A DNA stretch of 64,000 nt from Camelus ferus (taxonomy: Eukaryota): NCBI RefSeq assembly GCF_009834535.1, contig NC_045696.1:115322001-115386000 (forward strand), given 5' to 3'. A program made the translations under genes and the position numbers. Positions 12,600 to 26,365 of this stretch are shown piece after piece; position 1 is the stretch's first letter; each line of letters begins with the position of its first letter. The notes under the pieces were generated by a model, which was not told the origin of the DNA, searched no databases, and saw nothing but the letters and a program-made list of their open reading frames with translations.

Positions 12600-12805
12600 A
12601 TGAAAGTCTGAGGGACTTGGGATCAGCCTGCCTCTGTCTCAGTGCTTCTTAGTTGTATGATTTTGTGCAAGTATTTTAACTTCTTTGAAGGTCAGATTCG
12701 CACCTGTACAGTAAAGATGCTGACATTACAGTATGAGATGTCTCTGAGGATTAAAGGGAGTGTTATAAGCAAAGTAGCAGGTTCACAGTAGGTATTTAGA
12801 GTTAA
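12600..12805 (+). mobile_element. MIR SINE
   Basis: tgtatgattttgtgcaagtattttaacttctttg...cacctgta...tgaggattaaa...cacagtaggta. Confidence 0.65.
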
Positions 12806-14204
12806 TTTTTTTCTTCTTATATCCGATATTGACATGAAGATAGTAATGTTTTTCATACTCAGTATCTTTTCAAAAGATAATTCACAAATTACACGTCTGT
12901 GGCAAGGATTGCTAGGTGTCCAACAGTCCTACTGTTCTTCCTCAGTTAGATAATTGACATTCATTGGTCTCTGCCAATGTATTCTATTCTTCCGGTCAGT
13001 TCTTTCTTCCAGTAAAGCTTTGAATATGCATAGTCGTCATTTTTTTTTAAATATAGGCAGATGATACTAATTAATTCTGGGAGCAATTTATAGCTCGCTG
13101 AGTAACTGACAGACTGATTCTGGGCTTCCTCTTGTTTTCAAATCCTAAACCACAAGATCTTGTGTAATGAATGCAGCTTTGACCTAACATTTTTTGAAAA
13201 TGGTATCCAGTGAATTGCTGTTCAGGTATCAGGCATTTGGCATTTTTGAGTCATAGAGATGGATGCTTATATGCACAGCTCTGGTTATAAATAAATGTAT
13301 ATGCCATTGACAGATTTTCAAAAGGTCTACTGCCAGAGGCTTAGTGGAAGAAGACTAGAGTTTAAATGCTTCAGGCACCAAAATGTTCTGCAAAGAGAAC
13401 TGGCCTTTATTTTTAAATAAGAGACAGCATGAAAGAAAAAAAAAAATAGACGTTTTCCAACGGACGGGGAATCGCCTGGTACTTGTGGGGAAAAGTTTCT
13501 CGTGTCAGCAGTTCACGCGACAGGCCAGTGATGAAGTGACTTCCTGCGCTCGTGTTTAATGGGGAAGTGCTTATTTCCCAGTCCATTGGGAAGATTTAGA
13601 GCTGCATGCACAGGGCGAGGACCACCTGTTCCTTCACTCACTGTAGGTTGGTAGTTCATCAGTAATTTCAGGGACCGGCAATGGCTCGTGGCCTTGTTTG
13701 TCACTGTACCTTTATGCATAACTGGCAATTTATGGCTGTGATTACATCCATCTTCACAGAATACAAACTCAGGGTTTGCATCCCAAGATCTTTAACCCTC
13801 GAATTTCTGGACCTGTGGGTGCCAGTTGCACAGACTGTCCAAAGTCAGAGGCTAGGGGTATTTTGGAGAGCCAGATAATGAATTGCATAAGCTCTTTGTC
13901 TCAGTAAAATGCTTTGATTTACTACCTGAAGTGTGTTTTTGAATACACAGTGCCTAGAATAGTTTCTGGCCATCTTGGGCATTCAGTAAGCACTGGATGA
14001 CACTCCATAGATGCTGGAATGAATTGATGAAGGATAAACAAAAATGTGAAGAAAAAAATGACCCTGGAAGTTGCTAGATATGTTTCTATTTGGAATATTT
14101 ACTCAGATAGTGAACTATGGACCAGTGACAGATAGAAACTTTAGAACAAATGTTGCTTGCAATTTTTTTTCCAATATGAGGTATAGATGATTTCATTTTA
14201 AAAG

Positions 14205-14395
14205 TACTGCATGTAAAATAGATAAACAACAAGGTCCTAGTGTAGAGCACAGGGAACTATATTCAATATTTTATAACAGACTCTTATGAAAAAGAATATG
14301 AAAAGAAATATATATATATGCATAACTGAACCAGTATGCTGTACACCAGAAACTAACACAACATTGTAAATCAACTATGCTTCAATTAAGAAAAA
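14205..14395 (+). mobile_element. L1 3'-end stub
   Basis: aaaatagataaacaacaaggtcct...acaccagaaactaacacaacattgtaaatcaactat; short aaaagta duplication at both ends. Confidence 0.88.
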
Positions 14396-14588
14396 GTATT
14401 TTTCAATAGGTTTTGAGAAATTCATATTGGAGTGATAGCCAGAGGAAGCCAAAATGTTCCATTTTAAAGAATATTTTAAAATCTAATTATCAGAAATCTA
14501 TATGGCGTTAAGTGTGATGTGGAAGAGACTGAAATTTGTCCTCACTCTGTGTACCTCTTTTCATGCCCACCTTCCCTCTGCTGACAGG

Positions 14589-14666
14589 TTAGGAATGGCC
14601 ATATGAAATTGCTAGTTTTGTATGTCAAAATGGCCAAATGCTAGCAATTTAATGTGATTCATACAT
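14589..14666. mobile_element. MADE2-like mariner MITE (~80 bp, palindromic)
   Basis: ttaggaatggccatatgaaattgctag...ctagcaatttaatgtgattca; inverted arms fit the recalled MADE2 TIR (TTAGGTTGAACCATATGAAATTGC). Confidence 0.7.
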
Positions 14667-15332
14667 ATGTGCGTATAAATACATTCAAGTTACTCAAACA
14701 GCAATCCAGTGTGGGAGAAACACTTCGTCTGCAAGCAGATTGCTCTTTCTGGCTGATTTTCTTTTTTTTTTTTTAATGGAAATCTAGAAATCCCCTACAA
14801 GTCTCATAGCCTGCACCAAGAATTGGTCTGGGTGTCAGAAAAATCCCAGTGTCCTGAGCAATAGTAGATAGAACGATCGTGTGTTGAGAACTTAATGTTT
14901 TGAAATTCACAGTCTCCTTTAATCCTTATGCTGCCAAGCTCACCGAGGACAGAGATGGAGTCTGGTGGGGGGTTTTGTTTTTTGTTTCTTTTGTCCGTCA
15001 TTAACCTTAGTATCCAGCACAGATCTGAATCCTTGGTATGGATTCTAACAACGTTTGGTGTGGGAATGAATGAACAAATCATGACAGATTGCTTCTTCTC
15101 CTTTGCCAACGAGAAGCTCAAGCTTTGGTCACGGAAATTCTCTGTAATCTTCAAGGGCTGGAGCTAGGGTTGGAACCTGGTCCTCTGACCACAGAGTCCA
15201 TGTGTTCATTAAATCTCAAGTGCCTCCCTTAGGCCACCACAGCAGGGAAGGTACATCTTTTGCAAGTTTGCCCTCCACTTTTGAGTTCTGTTTTCTTCAA
15301 AGACCTTGGGAAAATGTGACCCGGATCTGAAT

Positions 15333-15421
15333 GACAGAGAAATGAGAGAGAGAGTGGGAGCTGAGGCTGACTGTGATGTTAGTCAAGCCAACGTTTAATT
15401 AAAAACAAACCCAACAGAAAC
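15333..15421 (+). repeat. Dispersed direct repeat, copy 1 (89 bp)
   Basis: gacagagaaatgagagagagagtgggagctgaggctgactgtgatgttagtcaagccaacgtttaattaaaaacaaacccaacagaaac; identical to 16145-16234 except one A indel. Confidence 0.97.
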
Positions 15422-16144
15422 ATGGTTTATTTTCCCACCAAACATTTAAAAAAGTACATTTAAGTGTGTCTTTTTAAGTGACTTTAACAAGAATTAAAAT
15501 ATTCGAGGAAGAAAAAGCAATGTCTCTGAAACCCTGCATGCCTTGCTCCCCGGGTCTGAAAAATATACTATGACTGACAGTGGCAGTTGAGGTTTTAAAC
15601 TGCCAGGTACCTCTGAAAACATCCTTTTTCTCCATCCCTTCCCCTTGAGTCTTAAGGGTCCCAAAGAAAGTTCTCAGTAACCATCAGAGGAGAGATGAGC
15701 TAGTGTCTGTGCAGAGGACTGTTTTCCCAGGTCCTTCCACTCCTGGCTTGGAGCCAAGCAGCTCCTCTTTGTTCTGTGTCACCTACAGGGAAGAAGGATT
15801 TCTTTGCAAGAACTTTTAAGAGCACAGCTATTCCCCTAATATTAGGCTGGGGAGATCTAGCCCCTTGCCAGTAAGGACATCCCCTCCCAGATGACCACGC
15901 ATGTTCACGAATCTATTTACCTTTCTTGTCTAGTCATCTAACAGTCCAGAAAGTCAGACATTAGTCCCTCTGGATGGGGATCAGGGTTTCCTTCCTCCCT
16001 GCTCCCTCCTGCCCCATTTCCTCTTTTACTGTGTGCTCTGTCTGTCACCCCTGGCAAGTAGCTCTCTCTGCACTTCCGCCAGAGCTGACTGTCAGGCATC
16101 TGCCTCCGTTCTGTTCCCCTTTAGGTGTAACTGCGGGAGGGAAG

Positions 16145-16234
16145 GACAGAGAAAATGAGAGAGAGAGTGGGAGCTGAGGCTGACTGTGATGTTAGTCAAG
16201 CCAACGTTTAATTAAAAACAAACCCAACAGAAAC
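16145..16234 (+). repeat. Dispersed direct repeat, copy 2 (90 bp)
   Basis: Same as 15333-15421 with one extra A (gagaaaatg). Confidence 0.97.
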
Positions 16235-16639
16235 CCAACTTGAGATCTCGCATCCTCTGGGCTCTTGTGGGGAGCTGGGTCTTCTCAATTTCCTTAGAAT
16301 GAAACGACCATGAAATACACTTCATTTGCTCTCGCTGAGGGTCTATTTTAGCCTAACCCCTATAAGTTATTATGAAAACATTCTCAACATCTCTTTCTTT
16401 ACCTTTACTAAGGCTACTATTATCTCCTTCTCCCACGAGCATAGCTGATGAAGTGAGGTTAGTCGAGGTTCCCAAAAAAGGGGGTGAGTCTGAAGATCGG
16501 ACAGGGAAAAGCTAACTCTTCCACGAAAGGGTTAAAAAGTGATAAAAAGCAAGTGAATGAAAGACTGAACGGAGAGCCCAGGACTTCTAACTCAAATCTG
16601 GTCTTTGTGAAAGGCATTGAACTTTGCTTCTTTAATTTG

Positions 16640-16780
16640 ATTCTCACAAAGTAACGAATAGCCAGCCTTTCCTATAATAATTTTGTGAATGAAGAAGCTG
16701 AGGTTTGGAGAATAGTAACTTGCTTAATGTCACACAGTCCATGAGTAGAGAGGCAAAATTTCAGTGCAAACTTAGTCTCA
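16640..16780 (-). mobile_element. MIR SINE
   Basis: atgaagaagctgaggtttggaga.tagtaacttgcttaatgtcacacag. Confidence 0.6.
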
Positions 16781-17791
16781 TTCCATTTTACTTAGAATAA
16801 GACTTATGCCTAATGCTTAGCTCATAGACTTGGGCTTCTGATCTTCTGGGTTGTATTAAGATTTGTACAGAGATTTATGGGGGTTTTTTCTTTTTGCATT
16901 TACACACCTATTAAGAGCCATTGTTTCTTATCTTCTTCACATGAAGTTAGTGAAAAATAAATGAATATTTACAAAAAGGACTTAAAACCGATAGACGAAA
17001 TTCATGTAAGACTGAAAAAAGAATCATAAGATTTTCTCTGTGTCTCCTGAAAAGATTTTTTTTAAAGTCATGAGTAAATGAATTTTAATTTTAAAGCTCT
17101 CTAAGTGTGTGATAAGGAACGACAGCGAGGAAAAGGGAAGAAACATAAAAAGGCTGTAGGTTTGAAGGGTTTCTGGGAAAAAGTAGTACTTACTTTTGAA
17201 GTGCGTGATGTTAAAATCTTGGGGAGTTTCATCAATCATTTGCAGGTCTCTTTAGAAAGGAACAGGGGCTTTTGATTTCTTCTGTCAGAGTCAAACAGGA
17301 TATCAGAAACTACAATTCTCTTGCACTGTCATGAGAAGACAGTACCTGGCTTTGATGAAAGATGGCGGAGAAAACCCTTGGGTCGTGGTTCTTCTGCCTT
17401 TGGTTTCAGGTAGAGCACTGGGTAAACTGGGTGTGCCAACCATGTTGGGAAAATGGTGATCTAGTGAGGATTGACGGGCTTATAAAGAAAGGGTGATTTG
17501 GGTCTGTTCAGATCAGTGACTCAGCACCTCCCCTAGATATTTCTTTATCCCATGCCGTCCAAAGAAATACTTAAAGAGACCCAAAGAAAGGTGAGTTCCA
17601 TTCTGGCTTCTCTTAAAATCATGGAAGTATAGATTTTTAGAGCACTTCGGTGCTTCATTTAGGCAAAGATTAGCTACAAAATAAATTTTGCAGATTTAAT
17701 TTATTTTGCCTATCTGCTCACACACACTCTCTTCTTCACCTTGCCTGGGAAGTCTATGTTTATTAGGTTTAAATCATAATAAAAAGGTAGA

Positions 17792-18190
17792 TGCATTCGT
17801 TAGTTTAATGTAACTCTGGTTGTTGTGTAAATCAATCAAAAGATGTACAGTGACTCTAATAATAGTTATTTAAATGTTGCTTATGTAGTATCCAAAATGA
17901 GTCCTTCATCCACGGGCACATCTCTTCCAAGTGGTGATTCAGGAATCCAAGCCCTTCTGTCTTGTGGTTTAAACATCTTTAACATGGAGCTCCCAGGTGG
18001 CTATGTTTGTCTGCATCAAACAGGCAGAAGGAGAAGGAACCCAGAAAACTGTTCGGGGAGTTTAGTAAACCAGGCTGGACATACTGCAGATCATTTCTAT
18101 TCATCGGCTGTCACTCAGACACTTGGTCACTTAAGTATAGGAGAAGGGTAGCCCAACCATGGGCCAAGGAAGAAGAAACAGCCTGAAGTT
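17792..18190 (-). mobile_element. MaLR LTR (MLT1-type)
   Basis: gtggtgattcaggaatccaagcccttctgtcttgtgg...ggtcacttaa...ccaaggaagaag pattern of old MLT1 elements. Confidence 0.55.
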
Positions 18191-18399
18191 GTGCCCAGAA
18201 ACTGGCTAAAATATTACAAACATTAATCTGTCTAGTTTCTGTGGTAAAAGACAGAGGATCATAGAAGAAAGTGGGAAATCTTTTCTATTAAAAAGGTACT
18301 TCTGTTTTTTTAACCTTTTCTTCTCTTCCTAGATCTGTTTTTTTTTTTTTTTCATTTTGCTAAATATCAGTATTGAGGGCAGAAATATTTGAAAAATTC

Positions 18400-18618
18400 T
18401 GTATGGTGTCATGGAAGGATGTTGAGCCTCGGAGACAGGAAGACCTGGTTTCAGATCTTTCCTTTGGGGTTTACTCCTGATAGACCTTGGACAAGTCATT
18501 TAAACATTATGAACCTCAGTTTTCTTATCTGTGAAATGGATACAATAAAATCTAATTTTGAAGGAAACTGTGAACTTTACATAAAATCCCTCCAGTCATA
18601 CATAGAATACATTAGTTG
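18400..18618 (+). mobile_element. MIR SINE
   Basis: MIR core gaccttggacaagtcatttaaac...gaacctcagttttcttatctgtgaaatgg. Confidence 0.8.
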
Positions 18619-19147
18619 AATTAAATGCCCATCAGCAGATGAATGAATAAGGAAACTGTGGTATGTGTATATATACACATATATATAGTGGAATACTACT
18701 CAGCCATTAAAAAGAAATAATGTCATTGGCAGCAACATGGATGGACCTAGAGGTTATCATACTAAGTGAAGTAGTCAAAGACAAATATCATATGATATCA
18801 CTTATATGTGGAATCTAAAAAGATGGCACAAATGAACTTATTTACAAAACAGAAAAAGACTCACAGACATAGAAAACAAACTTGTTGTTGCCAGTGGGGA
18901 AAGGCAGGGGCAAGGATAAATTGGGAGTTTGGGATTGGCAGATACAAACTACTATGTACAGAATAGATAAACAACAAGGTCCTACTATATAGCACAGGGA
19001 AATATATTCAATGGCTTGTAGTAACCTGTAATGAAAAAGGATATGAAAAAGAATTTATATATATATGTGTAAGTGAATCACTATGCTGTACACCAGAAAC
19101 TAATATAACATTGCAAATCAATTATACTTCAATTTAAAAAATTTAAG
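18619..19147 (+). mobile_element. L1 3' fragment (ORF2 end and 3' UTR) inserted in a MIR
   Basis: Homologous to 28360-28870; TSD agaatacattagttg (18604-18618) / agaatatattagttg (19148-19162). Confidence 0.92.
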
Positions 19148-22100
19148 AGAATATATTAGTTGGCTAATATTCAGTAGCTATTTTCATCATTATTAGGGCA
19201 CCTGTAGGTTCTTTGTTCCTCAGCTGAAAATCTATGGAAAGGATGTATGTCAGTTGTGTTAACTTTAAGCTGCTATAACAAATAGACCGTAAGCTAGAGA
19301 GATTTAGGAAACATAGGTGTTTATTTCTCTTTTATATAATCTCTGCTGTGAGCATTTCTGGTTGCCAGCAGCTCTGCTCTGCCTGGTTTTGGTGATTTAG
19401 CCGGTCATGGACCATTACAGACACTGAGGGTACTGAATGCCAGAATACCATTAATTTAATAATCACTTAAAATACCAATCTGTGGAAGAAAGCCTAAAGT
19501 AAATATTCCGACGGATACTTAAGATCAGACTCTTATTCAGTCTTTATCTGACAATTTGCTTTCATGGTAACTAATAAATCATTTTACTCAGTAACCTGGT
19601 TATAACCTTTTGTACCATTGCTCTATTTTAGGGGTAGGGAACATTTCATACTGGTGGAGAGATGATTTATATCGGGTGGATGAATAAAGTTAGGAGAACT
19701 GTTTGGGAGCTGTGCCTTCACTTTTCTGGCTTGGTGCTTCCTGTACGAAACTGCATCACTTCTCCTAAGTGTGGCAGTCCTTGTGAGGATGTGAACCCTG
19801 AAATCTTGACTGAGTGTAGAAATGTTGAAGATACGTTCATAAGGGAATAAAGCATTTTATATCATAGTAAAGAGCATGGTCTCATTTTTTTGTAGAGTCA
19901 TATATAATTATCGTTCAGCAAGTAGATAGTGAGCACATACTGTATACTTACTGACAGATAAAAGTACTTCAGAGTCTGAAAGAAGTAACACAAGATAATG
20001 TGTTATTTTACTTTATTCCTTCTCTTTATTTAAGCTCTGAAGCTTTTTTACTCCGTGGAATTTGTTTTTAAAAAGTAAAAGTATTTTAAGATAACTCACT
20101 GATGTCATTAAAATATGAACTCATCTTTGTGCTTGTACAAATGATGGAATCAAAATGCAGGTCTGTTTCCAGATAGCCACTTAAAATGTAGAAACCGGTA
20201 TTAGTAGGATTAAATAAGATACCAATGCTCAGTTCAGAACGATAGTGTCAGATGGATGACATTTGGGTCTGGAGGCCACCTGAACTGGCAACTCTGTGAC
20301 CAAGCATGCAAAGCCATCATTTATTCCAGACCTTTCCAAAATCCACTGTAGCGGTTAATTGATTAAGCATTACATGATCATGTCCTATATCACAGTCACT
20401 AACGGGATACACGTTGCAAAGTACAGTGGACGCTTCTGTGCTCGCCTTTTCCCTGATGTGGCAGCCATGGGCAATAGGGATCACCATTCCCTTCCAGGAG
20501 CTATTATCTCTCTGGGCTTTCGTGATGCCGGATTCTTTAGGTTTTTATCCTATTTCCACGGCTACATCTTCTTCACCTCCTTTTCTTGCTCCACTTCCTG
20601 CGGTGCCTATCTATGTATCGGAATGCCCTAAATATTTAAATGAGCAGATAAATAAGCATATTGATACATCTAATCTTGAACCCAAAGGCATGACACTTCT
20701 AGTGCAAGTTTCAGGAAGCAGAGGAGCCTCTCTCTTGGAAATGGGTTCACCTACAAACTTGTAAACCCTTCTTTGAATAAACAGCCTCAGAGAGCCGGGG
20801 CTCCGTAATTCCTTGTTGACAGCTGAAATTTGGAATACTCTGGCAAACTTCACGCTTGATTTTTCTCTTGGTTTCCGCGCAGCTTGAATCACTGAATCAT
20901 TCTTGAAGTTCTTTTGTTGTTTTAACACATTAAATTAGCTCATTACAGCTGAGTATGTAGTGGAAATTGGCATCTGTTTACACTGTAATAATATAAAAAT
21001 TACTTACCAGTAACAGAATAAGGAGCAATTTGCGAAAGCTAATCGTATTTGTGCACTTGTCTGCAAAAAGTGAATTGTTAATATATGCCCAAGGGGGGAA
21101 AATCACTTGCTGGTTTAAGGAGCGGAAGCAGTGATACCAACAGGCAGCACTTAGACAACTCCTGTGTTCAAGATGGGATCCAGAACGTCCCAACTTGTCA
21201 GGAAAATGCAGATGTTTTTTCGTTTTGTCAACTTCCTTTGACCTTGGAAATTCAAACGATTTAGAGATCCAGATACTGTCACAGAAAACCCAGTGGCCTA
21301 GAAATTTCTCAATATTTGCAAAGTCAAAATTTTAATTACTCTTATTTAGGAAAAAAAAAAAAACTTTCTTCGTGCTTTTTTCTTTAGTACTAGTCACAAA
21401 TACTATTGGAAAAGAACATGTCACATGGAGTTCCTCTTTTGACCTCCTGCCCCAAGCCATTGAAATGAAAATCTGTTTAAAACTTAAAAACTAACATTGG
21501 CAAATGTTAAAAAACATGGTTTTAGTAATTCCCCTGTGTTACAGACTTCTGTTTGTTTCATCACGTGTGGAAACCAGAGAGTTCATATATTTTATAGTGA
21601 CGGAGACTTTTAAGTAGTATGTCTGTAAAATTCTTAATAAATTTTAATAAATGAAAGTGATAATAGAACAGACCTTTCCTCTTTTGATCATAATAGAGAC
21701 AGATGGCATTTCTGAAAGTAAGATTTGTTTCTTTGATTTATCAGAAGACAGAAAAAGATCTCTATGAAGTTAATCCTTAAATTCCCCTTTTGTAAATGCC
21801 AGGGTAAAACCTATTCGACTCACACAGCCTGACTTCAGACATGTTAATAATATGCATTAAGCACAGTCCTTTTCTGCACTTAGTCACCTCTTGATTAGGG
21901 TTCCCGTCTTGCCTTCTTGCTTTTGACCTACCCTTTAATAAGGACCCCGTAAATGGCTAATTCCATCCACTGCAATTTTGAGTCGGAGAAAACAACCTAC
22001 TGCCAGGTTTGCAGCCTTCAATAGTCGGATTTTTCCCATCCTCATTTTGCTGCTCTATTGATAAAATATTGATCCATAAGTATCCAGCTCCTAGAAACCA

Positions 22101-22439
22101 AATGCTGAGGTCTGGGATAGTCTCTGTCACTGAGAGACATTTCTTTCCAGTTCTAACTTACTTTGGAATGACTCACTCTGTGGCTGAAACATGAAGGTTT
22201 TAAGCACTTGAAGAAAAGCCTTTTTCTAAGCGCTGAGTGATGAAGTGCACTTTAGCTCAGTGAAGAATCTGAAAATCTGTTACTGCGTACACTGTCGCTG
22301 GGAGTTTTGGTTCATTCATTCAAAGGTTGCAGCTGATTAAGGATTGTGTTTCGGTGGTGAAATAGGAAAAAAAATCTTTTATTTGCCTTTCAAATGGCAT
22401 TTCCCTGTGGCTTCAGTTGCCATCTGCTGCTGATAACTC

Positions 22440-23000
22440 CCCAGTTTAGCTACCGCCCAGACTTCATTGCTCATCTCTACCCTGGATAGCGAACTGCAGA
22501 GCCCACGTTTTATTTAGATGTTTTAAAGACTCCTCAGACTCGACATATCCCAACCCAGTTCCTGCTCTTCCCCTAAACATCTGGGCCTCGTTCAATATCA
22601 ACAGTCCTAGGAAATGGAACCTCTAATCGTGCGTTGACAAGCAGAAACCAACCAGGCACCTTTGAGAGGCACCCCCTCAAAATTCACCATGAATGCTTGA
22701 CGTTTTGAACTTACGTATTGATCACACGTGTGCACTGTTCTCTCTCCTCTTTCACTGTCTTCATCCGATCCTCAGGGGTGGCGCTCTCTTGCCAGAGCCA
22801 CCACAGTAACAACAGGACCCTCTGGCCCTTCCTCCCCCACTCTTTCTGTCTTCCTCCCCTGCAGCCTCTTTGTTTCTGCCAAAGAGATCTCATAAAAATA
22901 TAAACATGTTCATGTGCCTGTGTTTCTTAAAACTTGTAAGCAGCCTTCCATTTGAACAGAGTGTTAAAAAACACCCTAATTCTTAACCGTACCTACAAGT
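22440..23000 (+). mobile_element. L2 fragment
   Basis: Pyrimidine-rich L2-type body (ctcagactcgacatatcc, ctcctcccctgcag-like tract, cttaaaact...cttcca, cttaaccgtacctacaag). Confidence 0.5.
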
Positions 23001-23379
23001 CTCTGTGTGCCCAAGCTGACTTGTGCCCAAAGATGCTCCCTGCTGCCTGAAGGTTGCACATTTTGGGACACAAACAAATATCACATAGTTTTCTACACTT
23101 TGTTTGGTAAATCAGCATTGATTTATTGGGGCTGGTATTGAAAGAATGAAACTAGGTAGATTCTCTGATAGAATGATGCTAATAAGAGTATCTAAACATG
23201 AACCTGAGATTGACTATGAGTGGAATTATATAAATTAAGGACCATAGAAAGCAATATTTTTTTTTATTAATGACCTGAATATCTATTTAGTCTTACTTAT
23301 GTTCTATGCAAGGTGGGCCACGATGCAGTCACACAATAGGATGGTTTTCCACTGTCCACTCTCATTTGGATTGAGAAGA

Positions 23380-23600
23380 GGAGTTGTAAGTGTGGTCTCT
23401 GGAGTACAAGCCCTTTTTGCCCTTCTGTGTGTTTAAGCTGCTCTAACTTTCAGGATCTCAGTCTTCTCATCCATAAAGTGACCATGATGGTTGTAATGCC
23501 CTCGCAGGGCTCCAGCAGGCATCAGTGAGAGTGTTCATACACAGCCATCAGCAGACCATCCGGCAGAGCACTCCATAAATGCGTCACACAAACATCCACG
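23380..23600 (+). mobile_element. MIR SINE
   Basis: gtgtggtctctggagt...tctcagtcttctcatccataaa...gagcactccataaatg. Confidence 0.5.
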
Positions 23601-26365
23601 GGGAAAAGGAACAGCGGGGTCTCCTCCATGCATTTATGACACACTGAACTCTTTCTTCCTCCAAGCATCACCCTGGGAAAAACCCTCTGGCCAAGTGCTC
23701 TGAAGAACAACTGAACGGTCTGGGAGATAACTGTGCTCCCCGCACCTGTTTGGAGATGCTTTCTGTAAACTCAGTAAACCCTTGGGGTTAGAACTCTCTA
23801 TACCGTGGTCTATACCATGGTCAATCTGGAACCATAAACACAATATTTATGTACGCAATGGGAAGAAATTTTGGCATAAGAGAATCAGGCATTTATGCTT
23901 GTCCAAAGAAGTCAGTCTTCTAGAGTTCTTGCCACTGCCTCTTTCCGGCTCCCTCTTCTTCCAAAGTTAATCCAAGGTCAAAGCCATTTCTTTCTGCAAA
24001 TTTGGTTAAACGGAAGTCAAAAACAACAATAACAACAAATGCTTTTTCCTGCCCACTGAATATATTCTTAAGTCCAGGAAGAAACTCTTTATTTGAGAAG
24101 CTGGGTGGATTTCCCCAGATTTTACCCATAAAATGTCTCACCTCAGCCTTCTTTGGTCAAAGGCGTGTCCTGAGCCGGGTTCAGGTTGGTTGTGCTTCTC
24201 TCATTTAAAAGCATTTTCTTTCCCTTTTTTTCTCCTAGAATCACAATTTCCACAAAAGTACAACTTATTCACAGTTTGCATCCATTTCCAGAGTTTTAAC
24301 TCAGGCACCAAACTGATGTATACAAATGAACACGAGTGTTTCTTCATTTTGACAAAAATTAGCATTTCTTCTTATTAAGCCCCTATTCTCTCCCAAGAAG
24401 CCTGAGATACTTTGACATAATTTCTTCCATTGAGTTGGGTGAAGGCTTTGCCAATTTTTCCAACGGTTGGTGTTCTTCCAGATTTGCTGGATATTCTTTA
24501 TGTAACATAGAGCTTAACCTCTTTGCAAAAGGAGTTGCAAAAACGTTTTATATTTTTTTCTACTGTTTTTCCTTTGCCCTTTGATAGAGAAGACTTATAA
24601 ATGTAGTTTCATTTATCAGTCTAACTCGTTCTCCACTCTTTCCTCACAACTGCGGTAGCATCTGACCACCATTCAGTGAGTCCTTTGTGACTGAGCAGGG
24701 AAAGGTTGTTCCCAGGATACAGTGTGCTCTCTGCCTGTCAGAGCCGAGGGTCCTAAGGCTGTTTATGGTCCCAATCTGCATCTCTTCCCAGTGTACCCAA
24801 AGTGCTTCAGAAAGCTAACAAAACATCTGCTCAAATATATTCCATTATTTTGTGGACTCGATGAATCTCATTAACAGTTGCAAATTTTAGAGGGGATCTT
24901 TGAAACAAATTCATTAAAGGAACAATGGGGATAATTCTCAGATGTATGAATTAGAGGTTAGAAATAGTACAAAACTAGTGAAGGAAAGCCTTCCTTAATT
25001 TATAGAGAAGTAGAGAATTTAATAATTGTTCCCTAGTGGAAAGTGATGTTTTTCACCAAATACACGGTATAGATCATTATCTGGATTTGTAGGGAGGAAA
25101 ATGGGTTAATGAAGTCATGGTTAATTTCTCTATATTGTTTCAGACCATGAGATATTCCAACAGGAACATTTAATAATAGTGTTAATAGAGAAATAGCATT
25201 CTCTAAGCCCTGAAAATTTCTATATGTGTATTTAAGAGAATCTGGTCCTTTAGAAAAATCTTAAAATGCAAAATCACCACTGGAATCATTCATTGCATTT
25301 CCCAGATTAAAAAAAAAAAAAAAACTCATCAGTTATTCATACAAATTTTTAAAAAGTGAAACTATCTCCAGATCATTCCTTGCTATGCCCCATGCAAAGA
25401 GAGCTCCCATAAATAGCACAATTTGCAGTTGGTGATAAGCTTCTCTCGGAGAAAAAATAATAGTTTGTGTTTGTGCCAGATGCTTTTCCAGCACTAAGTG
25501 CTATAAAAATTCCCTGAAGTGTGTTCGGCAGATAAGGCGAAGTGCCAGAGAATGGCAGAGAATTAAGCCGAACCCTGTTCACATACAAAACCCATCGAGA
25601 CACCAGATGTATATTTCCATTTTAAAATCAAAATGTGAAATTAATGCCATGTGCATTTAATAGGCACCTATTTAAAGATCTGTACTAGGTCCTAGGGACA
25701 GGACGATGAGGATCATCAAGTCTTTCTCTCTCCGCTGAGGAATTTTCTATCGGAAGAAACAGACACTTAACCCTTGTTAGGGCAGTGACGTAAGAGCTGC
25801 AGTGAGGGGTACCCAGGTCCACGTGGAGGATGCGACATGTGATGACCGTGTGTCAGCCAGGCGAGTTGAAGTGCTCCAGCCAGGGGGAAGAGGCTTTGAA
25901 AATGATTTCCTCTTGTGGTATTTTCCTTAAGGGAATGAAAGGGAGGGTTACCCTACCCCTCTTTTGTCTACACTGCGGGCAGTTATGTTTGCTAGACTAG
26001 GGTGGCTGAGTAGGTAGATTATTTGGAGAAGGAGGTTGGAAATTATTTAGAGGAAGTGTGCAGTTCACATCAGGAAATAAAGAAATTTTTCTCTGCTTCT
26101 GAGACCAACACCCTTGACAGCTTGACCTTCAGGCGTGATTAGTGTCCACATTTCTAGTTCTCCCTGCACATTCAGATGGTACGTGACAGTCACACGCGGA
26201 AAGACGTGTTCAACTGTGGACATTGTGAGGGGATGCTGTGCACTAGTTGAGTAGCTGGGTGTGGTGGTTTTTCTGATTTCTCCCAGTTCCAAACAACACA
26301 TTTTTGTGATTATATCACTAAAGTTAAAACTCATTTGAGGCCTCTGGTTTACAAAATGCTCCCCA

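Noticed and set aside
15333..16234. CRISPR-like repeat-spacer array or LTR pair
   Set aside because: Only two copies, eukaryotic context, no TG...CA termini, PBS or PPT.
17641..17654. AGCAC-TTCG-GTGCT hairpin with a cUUCGg tetraloop
   Set aside because: Only a 5-bp stem with no wider structure; compatible with chance in 64 kb.
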